Source: a bacterium
Lineage (GTDB): Bacteria > UBA8248 > JACPRG01 > G963555815
DNA length: 64,000 bases
Direction of reading: 5' to 3'
Assembly (NCBI GenBank): GCA_963555815.3
Contig: CAUVWX020000001.1
Location: 1,281,533-1,345,532, forward strand
Every line of letters starts with the position of its first letter. Positions within the stretch are counted from its first letter, which is position 1. The position numbers and the translations under genes are program-made. Below are positions 63,898 through 64,000 of the stretch, one piece after another. The notes below the pieces were generated by a model that saw nothing but the letters and a program-made list of their open reading frames with translations, did not search any database and had not been told where the DNA came from.

Positions 63898-64000
63898 TCA
63901 ACGGCCGAGGATATCCTCTCCTTCTTCCTGGGGCTGTTCCCCCCCGAGAAGGCCCCAGTTTCTCCAGATCCAGGCCGAGAGGCCGATGGCCCCAGCAAGG
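63898..64000 (-). CDS. 3' end of an unidentified ORF running in from the right window edge
   Basis: Open minus frame ...LAGAIGLSAWIWRNWGLLGGEQPQEEGEDILGR then TGA (63900-63898). Too short to identify. Confidence 0.2.
   Translation of the reverse strand, partial: LAGAIGLSAWIWRNWGLLGGEQPQEEGEDILGR

Overview
GC-rich (about 60% by eye) bacterial chromosomal segment with roughly 70 genes, one tRNA, no rRNA, no CRISPR and no recognisable transposase or integrase. OmpA-like protein, porin and lipoproteins point to a diderm; I cannot assign a taxon. Layout: (1) 1-12.4 kb, a minus-strand, partly translationally coupled phosphonate-type cluster: HTH-PEP-mutase-nucleotidyltransferase fusion, two-subunit TPP decarboxylase, Fe-alcohol dehydrogenase, HppE-like HTH+cupin protein, LicC/PntC-like nucleotidyltransferase, two alkaline-phosphatase-fold proteins, flippase and GT4 glycosyltransferase, with a divergent radical SAM/SPASM gene. 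(2) 12.4-14.7 kb, a low-GC two-gene island (formyltransferase-like, polysaccharide deacetylase) next to a 5' remnant of a second radical SAM gene. (3) 14.7-31.6 kb, mixed genes: DUF1989, SDRs, lipoprotein protease, Lrp, DUF255 thioredoxin-domain protein, a low-GC CADD/PqqC-like gene, a decayed methyltransferase/FAD-oxidoreductase pair interrupted by a cassette flanked by 38-bp direct repeats, greA and a LOG-family gene. (4) 31.6-38.2 kb, coenzyme F420 biosynthesis (cofG, cofH, cofD, cofC, cofE and a stand-alone FbiB-C-like nitroreductase). (5) 38.4-45.5 kb: OmpA-like, MarR, CRTAC1-like protein and an fno-containing operon. (6) 46.2-48.5 kb, nucleotide-sugar dehydrogenase and epimerase. (7) 48.6-60.6 kb, housekeeping run rplM-rpsI-argC-argJ-rpsB-tsf-pyrH-frr-uppS-cdsA-dxr-pgpA/cinA-thpR-recA-recX. 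(8) 60.6-64 kb, porin, amt and tRNA-Val. The best novelty candidate is the phosphonate-type cluster. Its cupin is a half-size HppE-architecture protein with a His/Gln/His (methylphosphonate-synthase-type) ligand pattern, and its PEP-mutase domain has a non-canonical catalytic loop (EDNAFPKRCS). Data-quality caveat: frr, uppS and the sulfatase-like gene carry single-base homopolymer frameshifts that look like sequencing or assembly errors. All homology statements come from reading the translations by eye; no searches were run.
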